Below, piece after piece: positions 49,932 to 58,864 of a stretch of 64,000 nt of DNA. The position numbers and the translations under genes were made by a program. The stretch's first letter is position 1. Every line of letters starts with the position of its first letter. The notes below the pieces were generated by a model. The model saw only the letters and a list, made by a program, of their open reading frames with translations, was not told the DNA's origin and made no database searches. The stretch lies in IMG/VR virus record IMGVR_UViG_3300026097_000876, positions 186,001-250,000 of that record. The stretch is one strand, 5' to 3'.

Positions 49932-51375
49932 AAATATCTCTTATATCTTTGCCTGTAATTTTTTTATATCGTTCTACTAGAAATGTTGGTGAGTCTAACG
50001 CAAATTTGTAACCTAAATCTCTGCAATGATTGCGTAATCTAAACCATCTTTCAATTCTTACTTTTTGTGTGTTATCACCGATTTCCCATGCTCCTACATC
50101 GTCATAGTCTACACCCATTTCTTGAAACTGATCGAATAGCGGCGTGCCTGGATAGATTCGCATAGTTGCTCCGAGACTGACTTGAAAAACTGTTCCATCT
50201 TTTGCATACTTGGCATTTCGAGTAAACATGTCCATAGTTTCTTGAAATTCTTCCTCGCCTTCGCCCGGGTATCCAATTAGCATCATCATTACAGTATCGA
50301 TGCCGTTTTTAGAACATTGTTCCAAAGTGTAGTCAATATCAACAGCTCTAGCACCCTTTTTCATTGCATTAAGAACTTTTTGACTGCCGCTCTCGATACC
50401 TAACAGCATTCTAGTACATCCGCTCTTTGATAACTTTTCGTATATTTCTGGACCTTGCGAATTAGGAGGTCTCACAATAAATTGTCCTCCCCATTTTACA
50501 CCATCTAAATTTTCTTCAATGAGTGTGTCCATCATTGCATCCATTTGGGGAATATTACCGTTTAGTAAACTATCTGTAAAATAAAACTCTTTTATTCCTG
50601 GATGCGTCTTAACTTGATGTATAATTTCTTTTGCAATAGTTACTCCGCTTTTACTAGTAAAAGATGGCCAGCGTTTGCCTACATCACAAAACTTACAACG
50701 TCTAATACACCCTCTACTTCCAGTTAAGTATAACAGATCTGTTCCTTTTGGATCTTCAAATGGATCTCTAAACAAATGACTATATTGTGACAAGTCATAA
50801 TCTGTATAATCAGCAAACGGAAGTGAATCTAACTCTTTCATCTGTATAGGAAACTTTCCGTTTATTCCTGGATAGTCTGTATTTCCGTTAAGCAGATGTA
50901 GTATAGGATTTTCTCCTTCTGCTTCCACATATGCATAAATTCTATCTTGTTTAAGATTAGTAGGCCCGTAATCAGGTGATGCACCCGGTCCTCCTAATAT
51001 AACTTTAACTTCGGGCAATCTAATAAGTATTTCGTCTAAGAACAAGTCACACATTACAAGTTGCCAATGACTTAATAATGTTATACCAACAAACTTTGGA
51101 TTATAACCTGCAATTTTCTCTACAGCCTGTTCTACTAACGGAACAAATATATGTTTAACTTTTTCAAAATATTTCTTGTTAATTAGTGTTTGGTCGTTGT
51201 CTAGCCAAAGATGAGCATATTCGTCTTTTACAATATTCCAAAATTCTACATTAAAGTCAATACATTTACTAGTATAACCATGTTCTTCGACAACTGCCTT
51301 TAGTGCTGCTGGCCCAATAAGAGGGCTTTGTACTTCAAATTTTGGAATACTAATAAAAACAATATCTTTATTCAT
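49921..51375 (-). CDS. B12-binding-domain radical SAM protein
   Basis: N-terminal cobalamin-binding-like domain (ILGGP, EAEGE), GSRGCIRRCKFC, FTDSLLNG, GIESGSQKVL, IGYPGE. Confidence 0.9.
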   Translation of the reverse strand: MNKDIVFISIPKFEVQSPLIGPAALKAVVEEHGYTSKCIDFNVEFWNIVKDEYAHLWLDNDQTLINKKYFEKVKHIFVPLVEQAVEKIAGYNPKFVGITLLSHWQLVMCDLFLDEILIRLPEVKVILGGPGASPDYGPTNLKQDRIYAYVEAEGENPILHLLNGNTDYPGINGKFPIQMKELDSLPFADYTDYDLSQYSHLFRDPFEDPKGTDLLYLTGSRGCIRRCKFCDVGKRWPSFTSKSGVTIAKEIIHQVKTHPGIKEFYFTDSLLNGNIPQMDAMMDTLIEENLDGVKWGGQFIVRPPNSQGPEIYEKLSKSGCTRMLLGIESGSQKVLNAMKKGARAVDIDYTLEQCSKNGIDTVMMMLIGYPGEGEEEFQETMDMFTRNAKYAKDGTVFQVSLGATMRIYPGTPLFDQFQEMGVDYDDVGAWEIGDNTQKVRIERWFRLRNHCRDLGYKFALDSPTFLVERYKKITGKDIRDIYGG

Positions 51376-52114
51376 AAGTTCGATTTACCCTTCCTAAGTA
51401 TATGAGAACAGCATATACTATAGTAGTTATCACACTTACTGATAAGACACTTGGACTAATGATGTCAGTAACATAACTCCACATAATAATTGGAAGAGTT
51501 TGAGTACTATGATCTAATAACAACAACGCTACAATAAACTCGTCAAAACTAGTAATAAACGCAAGAGAACATCCTGCAAGCAATCCGGGCAACATAACTG
51601 GAAGTTGTATATCTTTTAATATTTGAAAACTATTTGCACCGCATAGTCTAGCACTTTTTGCAATATTTTCATCATAGTTATTTAGACTACTTAGCGTCAT
51701 TAAAATTACATAAGGAACACATAAAACAGTATGTGCTATAATAAGATTGATAAAACTGTTAGTAAACCCTATATCATTAAAAAAGAAAATCCAGCCAAGG
51801 CCAATAATGATACTCGGTATTACAATAGGACTGATTATTACACTTAGAACTATTCCGTTTCTATATTGGTTCAACCACAACGCCGCAGGAACAGATAGTA
51901 GTATACAACTAATAACAGTATATGCTCCTACTTGAAAACTAGTTACAATACTTTTATACCACATAGGATCTGTAAATAATTGGTTATACCATTTCAAGCT
52001 GAACTCAAAATCAGAAATTTTAAAATAGTTTCCACCGTCAACGCTAAACAAAATAATAACCAACATAGGCATTAACAAATATAAGAACATGCCATAAGCA
52101 AATAATCTAAGCAC
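51368..52114 (-). CDS. potC: Polyamine ABC transporter permease (PotC-like)
   Basis: FSLKWY, EAA-like loop (KSARLCGAN), AFITSFDEF, TLPIIMW; GTG start at 52114 after AGGAG. Confidence 0.85.
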   Translation of the reverse strand: MLRLFAYGMFLYLLMPMLVIILFSVDGGNYFKISDFEFSLKWYNQLFTDPMWYKSIVTSFQVGAYTVISCILLSVPAALWLNQYRNGIVLSVIISPIVIPSIIIGLGWIFFFNDIGFTNSFINLIIAHTVLCVPYVILMTLSSLNNYDENIAKSARLCGANSFQILKDIQLPVMLPGLLAGCSLAFITSFDEFIVALLLLDHSTQTLPIIMWSYVTDIISPSVLSVSVITTIVYAVLIYLGRVNRTYE

Positions 52115-53093
52115 GGGCGTCTCCTTTAAAGTTAATACGATAATAAACATAAAACAACATTAAACTAGTTGATAGCATAATAACTGTTAGCGCACTTGCT
52201 AGGCCCCAGTTTAATGTATATTGAACTTGTCTAATTATTTGTTCTGTAACAAACAGGCCTTTACTTCCACCTAACAGACTTGGAGTAATATAGTATCCAG
52301 TAACACTCATAAATGTTAGTATGGTGCTGTTTGCAATACCTTTGATTGTTTGCGGCAAATACACATATCTAAATGTTTGAAATTTATTAGCACCTGAAAT
52401 TGTACTTACTTTAATTAAATCGTTATTAACATTTTTCATAGCAAGATATATAGGTAATACACTTAGTGGCAGTGCGATATATACACTGCCTATATAAATT
52501 GCTGTAATTGTATTCATAAGATCGAAAGGTTGTAACAATAATATCCAACTAACTGTACGACTTAAGAAGCTACTAAACAGCGGAATCAACACAACAAATA
52601 GTGCAATCTTAGCTGCTTTGCCTTTTAGTTTAGTAAGATAATATGCAAGAGGATACGCTACTACTAAGCAAATGGCTGTAATAATTGCACTAAGAAGATA
52701 TGTCCTTCCTATAACTTTTAAGTATAAGTCGTTAAATGCACGTTTAAAATTAGCAAATGTATAAGGCTTTACTTCTTGTTCTATTACACTCCAAAATGCA
52801 GGGTCTTGCCATCCAGGGTGTTCTAAACCTTTTCTAAACATACTTCGTGTTTTGTGATAGTGATGATTAAGGTAGGTGATAGATCTACGACTGTCCTCAC
52901 GGGCTAAGTCACTTTTTATAGCTTCAGTCCGGTCTCCGCCGTTAACTACGTAGTCGGTTATGTTTGGAAGATAACGTTCAACAGTTGTGTTGTAAACACT
53001 ATTTTTAAGAATTTCACCTAGTGGAAGGAGAAAGAACACTGCTAGAAAAAATACTAGCGGTATAATCTTTCCATGTTTCGCAAACAAATTCAT
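52107..53093 (-). CDS. potB: Polyamine ABC transporter permease (PotB-like)
   Basis: AYPLAY, RTVSWILLL, LPIY..., FRYVYLPQT, YITPSLLGG, NWGLASAL. Confidence 0.85.
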   Translation of the reverse strand: MNLFAKHGKIIPLVFFLAVFFLLPLGEILKNSVYNTTVERYLPNITDYVVNGGDRTEAIKSDLAREDSRRSITYLNHHYHKTRSMFRKGLEHPGWQDPAFWSVIEQEVKPYTFANFKRAFNDLYLKVIGRTYLLSAIITAICLVVAYPLAYYLTKLKGKAAKIALFVVLIPLFSSFLSRTVSWILLLQPFDLMNTITAIYIGSVYIALPLSVLPIYLAMKNVNNDLIKVSTISGANKFQTFRYVYLPQTIKGIANSTILTFMSVTGYYITPSLLGGSKGLFVTEQIIRQVQYTLNWGLASALTVIMLSTSLMLFYVYYRINFKGDARA

Positions 53094-53757
53094 TTACAAA
53101 ATCACTCCTAGGATTATCAAGAATTTCTGTAGGACTGCCTACTTGCTCTACTTTTCCTTGATTCATAATAACAATAGTGTCGCACATATTAAATGCTTCA
53201 GTGAAGTCGTGTGTGACGTACACTACTGTTGTATTTTTAAGTAGCTGTTTAATATCTTTTTGTAATTTAATTCTTAGCTTTAAGTCTAGCGATGCTAAAG
53301 GTTCGTCCATTAGTATAACATCTGGATTATATACTAATGCCCTTGCAATTGCAACTCGCTGTTGTTGCCCACCGCTTAATTGTTTAGGATATTTATCAGC
53401 ATGTTCTTCCATTCCTATAACATTTAAAATATTAGATACAGCGGATGTATTCTTGCCTTTTACTCTCAATGGATATGCTATATTTTCATAAGCAGTCATA
53501 TTAGGAAATAAACTAAAGTTTTGAAACACCATTCCTAGTGGTCTTTTATTACTACTTAGGCTAGTAATATCCAAACCGTTAACTATTACTTGTCCACAGT
53601 CTGGTGTTTCAAACCCTGTAATGCAATTAAGTAGGGTACTTTTGCCGCTGCCACTAGGTCCTAGAACAGCGACATTCGATCCAGAAGAAACATTAAAAGT
53701 TACATCATCGAGAACTTTATCTCGAAATGTTTTGCTAATGTTCTTTATTTCTAGCAT
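53014..53757 (-). CDS. potA: Polyamine ABC transporter ATPase (PotA-like, lacking C-terminal TOBE domain)
   Basis: Walker A GPSGSGKST, VFQNFSLFPNM, LSGGQQQRVAIARAL, DEP, YVTHD; only 247 aa. Confidence 0.9.
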   Translation of the reverse strand: MLEIKNISKTFRDKVLDDVTFNVSSGSNVAVLGPSGSGKSTLLNCITGFETPDCGQVIVNGLDITSLSSNKRPLGMVFQNFSLFPNMTAYENIAYPLRVKGKNTSAVSNILNVIGMEEHADKYPKQLSGGQQQRVAIARALVYNPDVILMDEPLASLDLKLRIKLQKDIKQLLKNTTVVYVTHDFTEAFNMCDTIVIMNQGKVEQVGSPTEILDNPRSDFVNEFVCETWKDYTASIFSSSVLSPSTR

Positions 53758-54842
53758 TAGTCTAAGAGCCAGGCTTCCCAGCGTTCATTGATGCGTTCGC
53801 CATTGTCAGCCCACCATGCGCCGTCACGTGGAATGCTACCAGTATAGTTATTAGGGTTAGTAACCATTTCGGCTTCCATGTCTGATCCAGTGTCTACCGA
53901 AGTCCAGTTGCCTGAATTTAAATCAATTGAACTCTTACGTGTAGGCGAGTAAGGAATAATACGACTAATTAGTGCTAGTGTTTCTGTACTAGTAGCATGT
54001 TGCAAAAACGCCTTTACTTCAGGAGTCATTTGTCCTTTTGCTACTACCCAAGGAGAAACTGTATAAATTTGTGCATCCCAAATTTGCTCAATGCTTTGTC
54101 CGTCTACGTTCTTGGCTTTCCAAAAACGTCCATTATAGCTTGCTAAAATTTGTACTTGTCCTGCACTCAATTGTTGAATACCAGCGGCTGCTTTGTCCCA
54201 CCATACAATATGATCTTTAATAGTATCTAACTTAGCAAATGCACGATCGAGTCCTTCGTCAGTTGCTAGTACATCACGTACAATGTTTCGATCCACTCCA
54301 TCGGCAATCAGTGCCCATTCTAAGTTATTGTAAGGACGGCGTTGTAATCCTCGCTTTCCTGGAAACTGTTCAACATCAAATACATCGTAAATTGTTTGTG
54401 GTGCGTTGTTAGCGTATGTTTCTGGATCGTATCCAAACTGAATACTGTATACTGCCTGTGGTGCCACACAATCTTTTAGCATACCAGGAAGAAAGTCCTC
54501 ACTAGGTAGTGTACCGTCTGGTGCAGGCAGCAACACATCGTCGTGATTAAAGTTTTCTACTAAACCGTCTTCGCATGCAATAGCAAGTGCTTCCTGAGGA
54601 ATATCAATTACATCATATGTAATGTTTCCTGTTTCAATTTGTGTACGCAATGCTGCTAGTGCAGAGTGTGCATTTTTGATAACGTTTACAGTTACATCTG
54701 GATTCTGCTCAATAAACGGATCAATTGCTGCTCTTTGTTGTGCTTCGCCCCATGCACCGCCATAATTTACAATATTTACAGTACTGTCAGCATATGCTGA
54801 ACTTGCAACAAGTGCTAGAACTGTCATAAAGGTATATTTCAT
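53757..54842 (-). CDS. potD: Polyamine ABC transporter substrate-binding protein (PotD/PotF family)
   Basis: Signal peptide (MKYTFMTVLALVASSAYA), YGGAW, FPGKRGL, LEWALIADGV, DRAFAKLDTIKDHIVWW, YNGR. Confidence 0.85.
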   Translation of the reverse strand: MKYTFMTVLALVASSAYADSTVNIVNYGGAWGEAQQRAAIDPFIEQNPDVTVNVIKNAHSALAALRTQIETGNITYDVIDIPQEALAIACEDGLVENFNHDDVLLPAPDGTLPSEDFLPGMLKDCVAPQAVYSIQFGYDPETYANNAPQTIYDVFDVEQFPGKRGLQRRPYNNLEWALIADGVDRNIVRDVLATDEGLDRAFAKLDTIKDHIVWWDKAAAGIQQLSAGQVQILASYNGRFWKAKNVDGQSIEQIWDAQIYTVSPWVVAKGQMTPEVKAFLQHATSTETLALISRIIPYSPTRKSSIDLNSGNWTSVDTGSDMEAEMVTNPNNYTGSIPRDGAWWADNGERINERWEAWLLD

Positions 54843-54916
54843 TTCATCTCCTGTAAGTCTTACTATAGTAATTATCTACGTATATAACTTAGATATTTAC
54901 TTCTGACATACTAATA

Positions 54917-54945
54917 ATAATACTACAATCAGCTCTAGTAGTCAA
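54917..54945 (-). promoter_or_regulatory. Sigma70-type promoter for the pot/B12-rSAM/ATP-grasp operon
   Basis: Minus strand TTGACT-17 bp-TATTAT; a GTAAATA late-like motif also lies at 54894-54900. Confidence 0.6.
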
Positions 54946-54973
54946 CTGTTTTATCGAGCATATATAATATACA

Positions 54974-55828
54974 ATGTCATATAAAGTAACACATAATCAC
55001 CATCTTAGCGTTCGCAAAACAACAGATTATATTGTAAAATTAGGTCGTTGTGAGAACATGCCTATGGATTTTAAATCTGAAGCATTACGAGCTGCTAAGT
55101 TAATAGCAAAAGAATCTAATAATATATGGATTAGTTACAGCGGCGGTATAGACAGTGAGTTTATTATTCAAGTGTTTCTTGAAGCAGGCATCCAATTTAG
55201 AGTTGCCACAATTGTTATGAAAGACGGATCTAACGATTACGATCTACAGCACAGTAGAAATTTTTGTAAACGTATGGGTATCAAGCTACACGAATTTGAA
55301 ATTGATTTAGAAGAGTTTTATAAAAATGATCTAGAAACATATGCTGTTGCAACTAATTGTATTAGTCCACAGTTTCCGGTGCATATGTGGTTATGGGATC
55401 AACTAGATGGATTTATAGTTGCAGGCCACGGTGATCCAATCTTTAAACGTAAAGATTCTAGATGGTATCTTCAAATTCAAAAAAAAGAAGACAGCGTATT
55501 TAGATATGCTCAGTGGAGAAATAGAAACATGGCTCCGGGATTTTACGTATATACTCCGGAACTTCTACTAAGTTTTATGCTAGAAAAAGAAGTAAGTAAT
55601 ATGTTTATTGCTCCTAAGTTAGCAGGGTTAAGAGATATTGCACAAGTCAAACATCTGGTTTATTCTAAATATTACGATATGGTCGAAAGAGAAAAAAGAA
55701 CTGGCTTTGAGTTAGTAGATAACTTAAACAATGAATATAAAATACATTTAGAAAATACAATACCCGGACATGGCGTATTTCTACAATCAGTAGAAGACCT
55801 ATTACATAGAATTTGGCCTAAACTATGA
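54974..55828 (+). CDS. PP-loop ATP pyrophosphatase (asparagine-synthetase-like synthetase domain, no glutaminase domain)
   Basis: ISYSGGIDSE PP-loop motif; 284 aa. Confidence 0.7.
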   Translation: MSYKVTHNHHLSVRKTTDYIVKLGRCENMPMDFKSEALRAAKLIAKESNNIWISYSGGIDSEFIIQVFLEAGIQFRVATIVMKDGSNDYDLQHSRNFCKRMGIKLHEFEIDLEEFYKNDLETYAVATNCISPQFPVHMWLWDQLDGFIVAGHGDPIFKRKDSRWYLQIQKKEDSVFRYAQWRNRNMAPGFYVYTPELLLSFMLEKEVSNMFIAPKLAGLRDIAQVKHLVYSKYYDMVEREKRTGFELVDNLNNEYKIHLENTIPGHGVFLQSVEDLLHRIWPKL

Positions 55829-56274
55829 TTATTAAACAAGTAGATTTTGAAACAGTGTTACCTGCGTGGGAAAACAATCTTTGGCCTAATCGCAAAGATC
55901 CTATTAAACCTACAAATAATATTTGTTATCTAGGTGGAAGAGATAAAGATATTAATAATCAAACACCTGTATTTTTTGCCGTGTACGATAATAAAACTAT
56001 AGTAGGTGTAAACAGCGGCTTTCCTACACTACACGGAGGATTTCGTAGTAGAGGTATTTGGGTTGATCCGGCATATAGAGAAAAAGGTGTTGGGGCAATG
56101 TTGCTAAATGCTGTAATTGATTATGCTCGAGAGAATGAATATTCTTATGCATGGAGTATGCCAAGACAAAGTGCTCTATCAGCATATACTAATGTAGGCT
56201 TTGAGCAAACAAGCGATTTTTTTGACGAAGGCGTAGAGTTTGGTCCTAACTGTTTTGTAAGGATTGATCTATGA
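55825..56274 (+). CDS. GNAT family N-acetyltransferase
   Basis: RGIWVDPAYREKGVGAMLL motif A; AYTNVGF. Confidence 0.88.
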   Translation: MIIKQVDFETVLPAWENNLWPNRKDPIKPTNNICYLGGRDKDINNQTPVFFAVYDNKTIVGVNSGFPTLHGGFRSRGIWVDPAYREKGVGAMLLNAVIDYARENEYSYAWSMPRQSALSAYTNVGFEQTSDFFDEGVEFGPNCFVRIDL

Positions 56275-57743
56275 CTGATGTAGTTTTAGTTACTTTACCT
56301 AAAATGGAAATTAGAGCACCCTTAATTGGCCCGGCTGCTCTTAAAAGTATATGCGAAGCAGATGGGTACTCTGTACATTGCGTTGACTTTAATATCGAAC
56401 TATATCATCAATTGCGAACACAAGTTCCTGAATGGTGGATTTATAATGATCAAACATTTATGCAAGACGATTTATTTGACGAAGCATGGACTACTATATT
56501 AGAACCTATAGTTCACAGCTGGTGTAAAAAACTACAAGACCTAAATCCTAAAGTAATTGGTGTTACAGTATTAAGCATGTGGACCGAACGTATCTGTAAT
56601 AAGTTTTTGCAAACACTAGAATTATATTGTCCAGATACCCGTGTAGTATTAGGGGGACCGGGAACACAGCCAGCATATGGTCCAAAGATGCTAGAAGCAA
56701 AAAAAATTGATGCATACATTACAGGCGAAGGCGAAGTTAGTTTTTTAGAATATCTTAGAGGCAACAAATATTATCCTGGAATAAATGGCAATCCTGCTGA
56801 ACAGATTGGAGATATGAATACATTACCGTTTCCTGACTATAGTGATTTTGATTTATCAAAATATAGCAGCACTTGGTGGGAACCTCACAAAGAGCCAACA
56901 GGGTGTAAATGGTTGTATATTACAGGCACTCGGGGGTGTATTAAGCGATGCACTTTTTGTAATGTAGGATCAATATGGCCAAAGTTTGTTAGCAAAACAG
57001 GTGAAACTATTGCTAAAGAAATAAAACATTATATGGATACTACAGGAGTAACTCACTATTATTTTACTGACAGTTTACTCAATGGTAATGTAAAGAATCT
57101 AGAAGAAATGGTAGACGCTATTATTTCTTTAGGTATTAAGCCTACTATAAAAGGACAATGGATTGCTCGTGGTAAAGATTTAATTAATAGTGAGCTATGG
57201 AAAAAGATGGGCAGAGCAGGTTTCAAACAACTCTTAGTGGGTATCGAAAGTGGAAGTTATAAAACACGCAACGAAATGAAAAAGGGTGTTAGAGAAGAAG
57301 ATATAGAATATACATTTGAACAAGCAAGCAAAAACAAAATTAGATGTATACCGTTGCTTATGGTAGGATATCCAACAGAGACAGCAGAAGATTTTGAGGA
57401 AAATATTAAATTTTGGACTAGGTATAAAAAATATAATGACAATGGTACTATTCTAAAACCTAGTGTGATGGCAACGAATATTTTACCAGACACTCCTCTA
57501 CATCATAAATTTACCGGAAACGGACTAGAGTATGACGATTTAGGTAACTGGGTATATAAAGACAACACTATGAAAGTTCGAATCGAACGCTGGTTTAGAT
57601 ATCGAGACGAGGCACATCGCTTAGGTTATGAACTTACTTTAGATACTCCTAAACATCTCATAAGAGAATACAAGCGTATTACTGGAATAGATCTTAGTGA
57701 AGAATACAAACTCAAAGATACAGAAGAAATATGGAATGATTGA
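56271..57743 (+). CDS. B12-binding-domain radical SAM protein, paralogue of 49921
   Basis: PLIGPAALK, GTRGCIKRCTFC, FTDSLLNGN, GIESGS, VGYPTET, KVRIERWFR shared with 49921. Confidence 0.9.
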   Translation: MTDVVLVTLPKMEIRAPLIGPAALKSICEADGYSVHCVDFNIELYHQLRTQVPEWWIYNDQTFMQDDLFDEAWTTILEPIVHSWCKKLQDLNPKVIGVTVLSMWTERICNKFLQTLELYCPDTRVVLGGPGTQPAYGPKMLEAKKIDAYITGEGEVSFLEYLRGNKYYPGINGNPAEQIGDMNTLPFPDYSDFDLSKYSSTWWEPHKEPTGCKWLYITGTRGCIKRCTFCNVGSIWPKFVSKTGETIAKEIKHYMDTTGVTHYYFTDSLLNGNVKNLEEMVDAIISLGIKPTIKGQWIARGKDLINSELWKKMGRAGFKQLLVGIESGSYKTRNEMKKGVREEDIEYTFEQASKNKIRCIPLLMVGYPTETAEDFEENIKFWTRYKKYNDNGTILKPSVMATNILPDTPLHHKFTGNGLEYDDLGNWVYKDNTMKVRIERWFRYRDEAHRLGYELTLDTPKHLIREYKRITGIDLSEEYKLKDTEEIWND

Positions 57744-57770
57744 TACATATTTAATAAAGGATTAAACAAT

Positions 57771-58373
57771 ATGATAAACACACTTTATAAAGTACCAATT
57801 TGGATACAAGACAATACATTGCCGCAAGATAAATTAGATATGCTAGAACAAGCATGCTACGACAAGTGTCAACCATTGTCAGATTATCCAGATGAATTTA
57901 ATCCTGATATTTTTAAATTTTCTCGTTCTAACAAAATAAATGTTCATACGGAGCCTGAATTTAAAGAAGTTACTAACTTAATGTTAACAGCCGCAAGAAA
58001 TATGATGTTAGAAATGAGTTACACACAAGAACAGGCTCAGCGTCTTAGAATTGTTAACAGCTGGTTTGCAATATATAAAAATAAAGATAATCTACCTATG
58101 CATACACACCGTGATAGTTTCTTTTCAGGAGCATATTATATTAAAGATGTTACAGATTGTAAATTACGATTTATTCATGACATCTATAGAAATACACCTT
58201 ACCCAGAAGATTTACATAATGAATGGGGCAAAAATGTTACAGACTTTGATTGTAAAGACGGACGAATTATTATATTTCCTAGTGACTGTATACACGGAAT
58301 TGATCAGCTTAATAGTAATAAGCCCGATAATGAACCTATTAAAGTTATGTTATCGTATAATTTTAATTTTTAA
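57771..58373 (+). CDS. 2OG-Fe(II) oxygenase-like protein (TIGR02466-like)
   Basis: NSWF...HTH...FSGAYY...GRIIIFPS..HG...LSYN pattern. Confidence 0.75.
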   Translation: MINTLYKVPIWIQDNTLPQDKLDMLEQACYDKCQPLSDYPDEFNPDIFKFSRSNKINVHTEPEFKEVTNLMLTAARNMMLEMSYTQEQAQRLRIVNSWFAIYKNKDNLPMHTHRDSFFSGAYYIKDVTDCKLRFIHDIYRNTPYPEDLHNEWGKNVTDFDCKDGRIIIFPSDCIHGIDQLNSNKPDNEPIKVMLSYNFNF

Positions 58374-58864
58374 ACACAGGCAACAATATGAATTCGATCC
58401 TCAAAACTTCCGTTTAATGCTAGGTGCTTTAATCTAGTATCTAACCAATATAAATGACCTACTGATTCCATTCTTAATATTTCTTCGTCTACTATAAACA
58501 TACAATTATTATTTGTAGTTACAGGAATATGCATTCGCGGGGTTGGATCTGTGTGATATGAATAACATTCTTTAGAGCGCAGTGTCATTACTCTAGTTCT
58601 ATATAAATTATTTTCTTTAATAATACTATTAATATATGGTATATCGTAGTAACATTCGGTAATATCTGTTTCTTCAAAATGTGTTTTAGCAGTTCTTTCT
58701 TTGTTTATAGGATCAAACACATCAAAATCACCTCTCCATGTTTGTAGATTATTGTTAGAATTTATAGCGTAGTTAATACTTTCTAATTCACTAATAATCT
58801 TTTCAACATCATATTTTTTGCCTGTTTTTATAAATTTATTCACGTACCTTTTCCCTTCGGACAT
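58370..58864 (-). CDS. Aspartyl/asparaginyl beta-hydroxylase-like 2OG-Fe(II) oxygenase
   Basis: RTRVM...YHTD...RMHIPV...HLALNGSFEDRIH (HxD...H triad). Confidence 0.7.
   Translation of the reverse strand: MSEGKRYVNKFIKTGKKYDVEKIISELESINYAINSNNNLQTWRGDFDVFDPINKERTAKTHFEETDITECYYDIPYINSIIKENNLYRTRVMTLRSKECYSYHTDPTPRMHIPVTTNNNCMFIVDEEILRMESVGHLYWLDTRLKHLALNGSFEDRIHIVACV

Noticed and set aside
48684-54842. Host chromosomal DNA (prophage boundary or contamination) explaining the ABC transporter
   Set aside because: The operon includes a paralogue of the island's other B12 radical SAM gene, shows phage-like compaction and is flanked by phage genes on both sides. Read mapping would still be needed to exclude a chimera.
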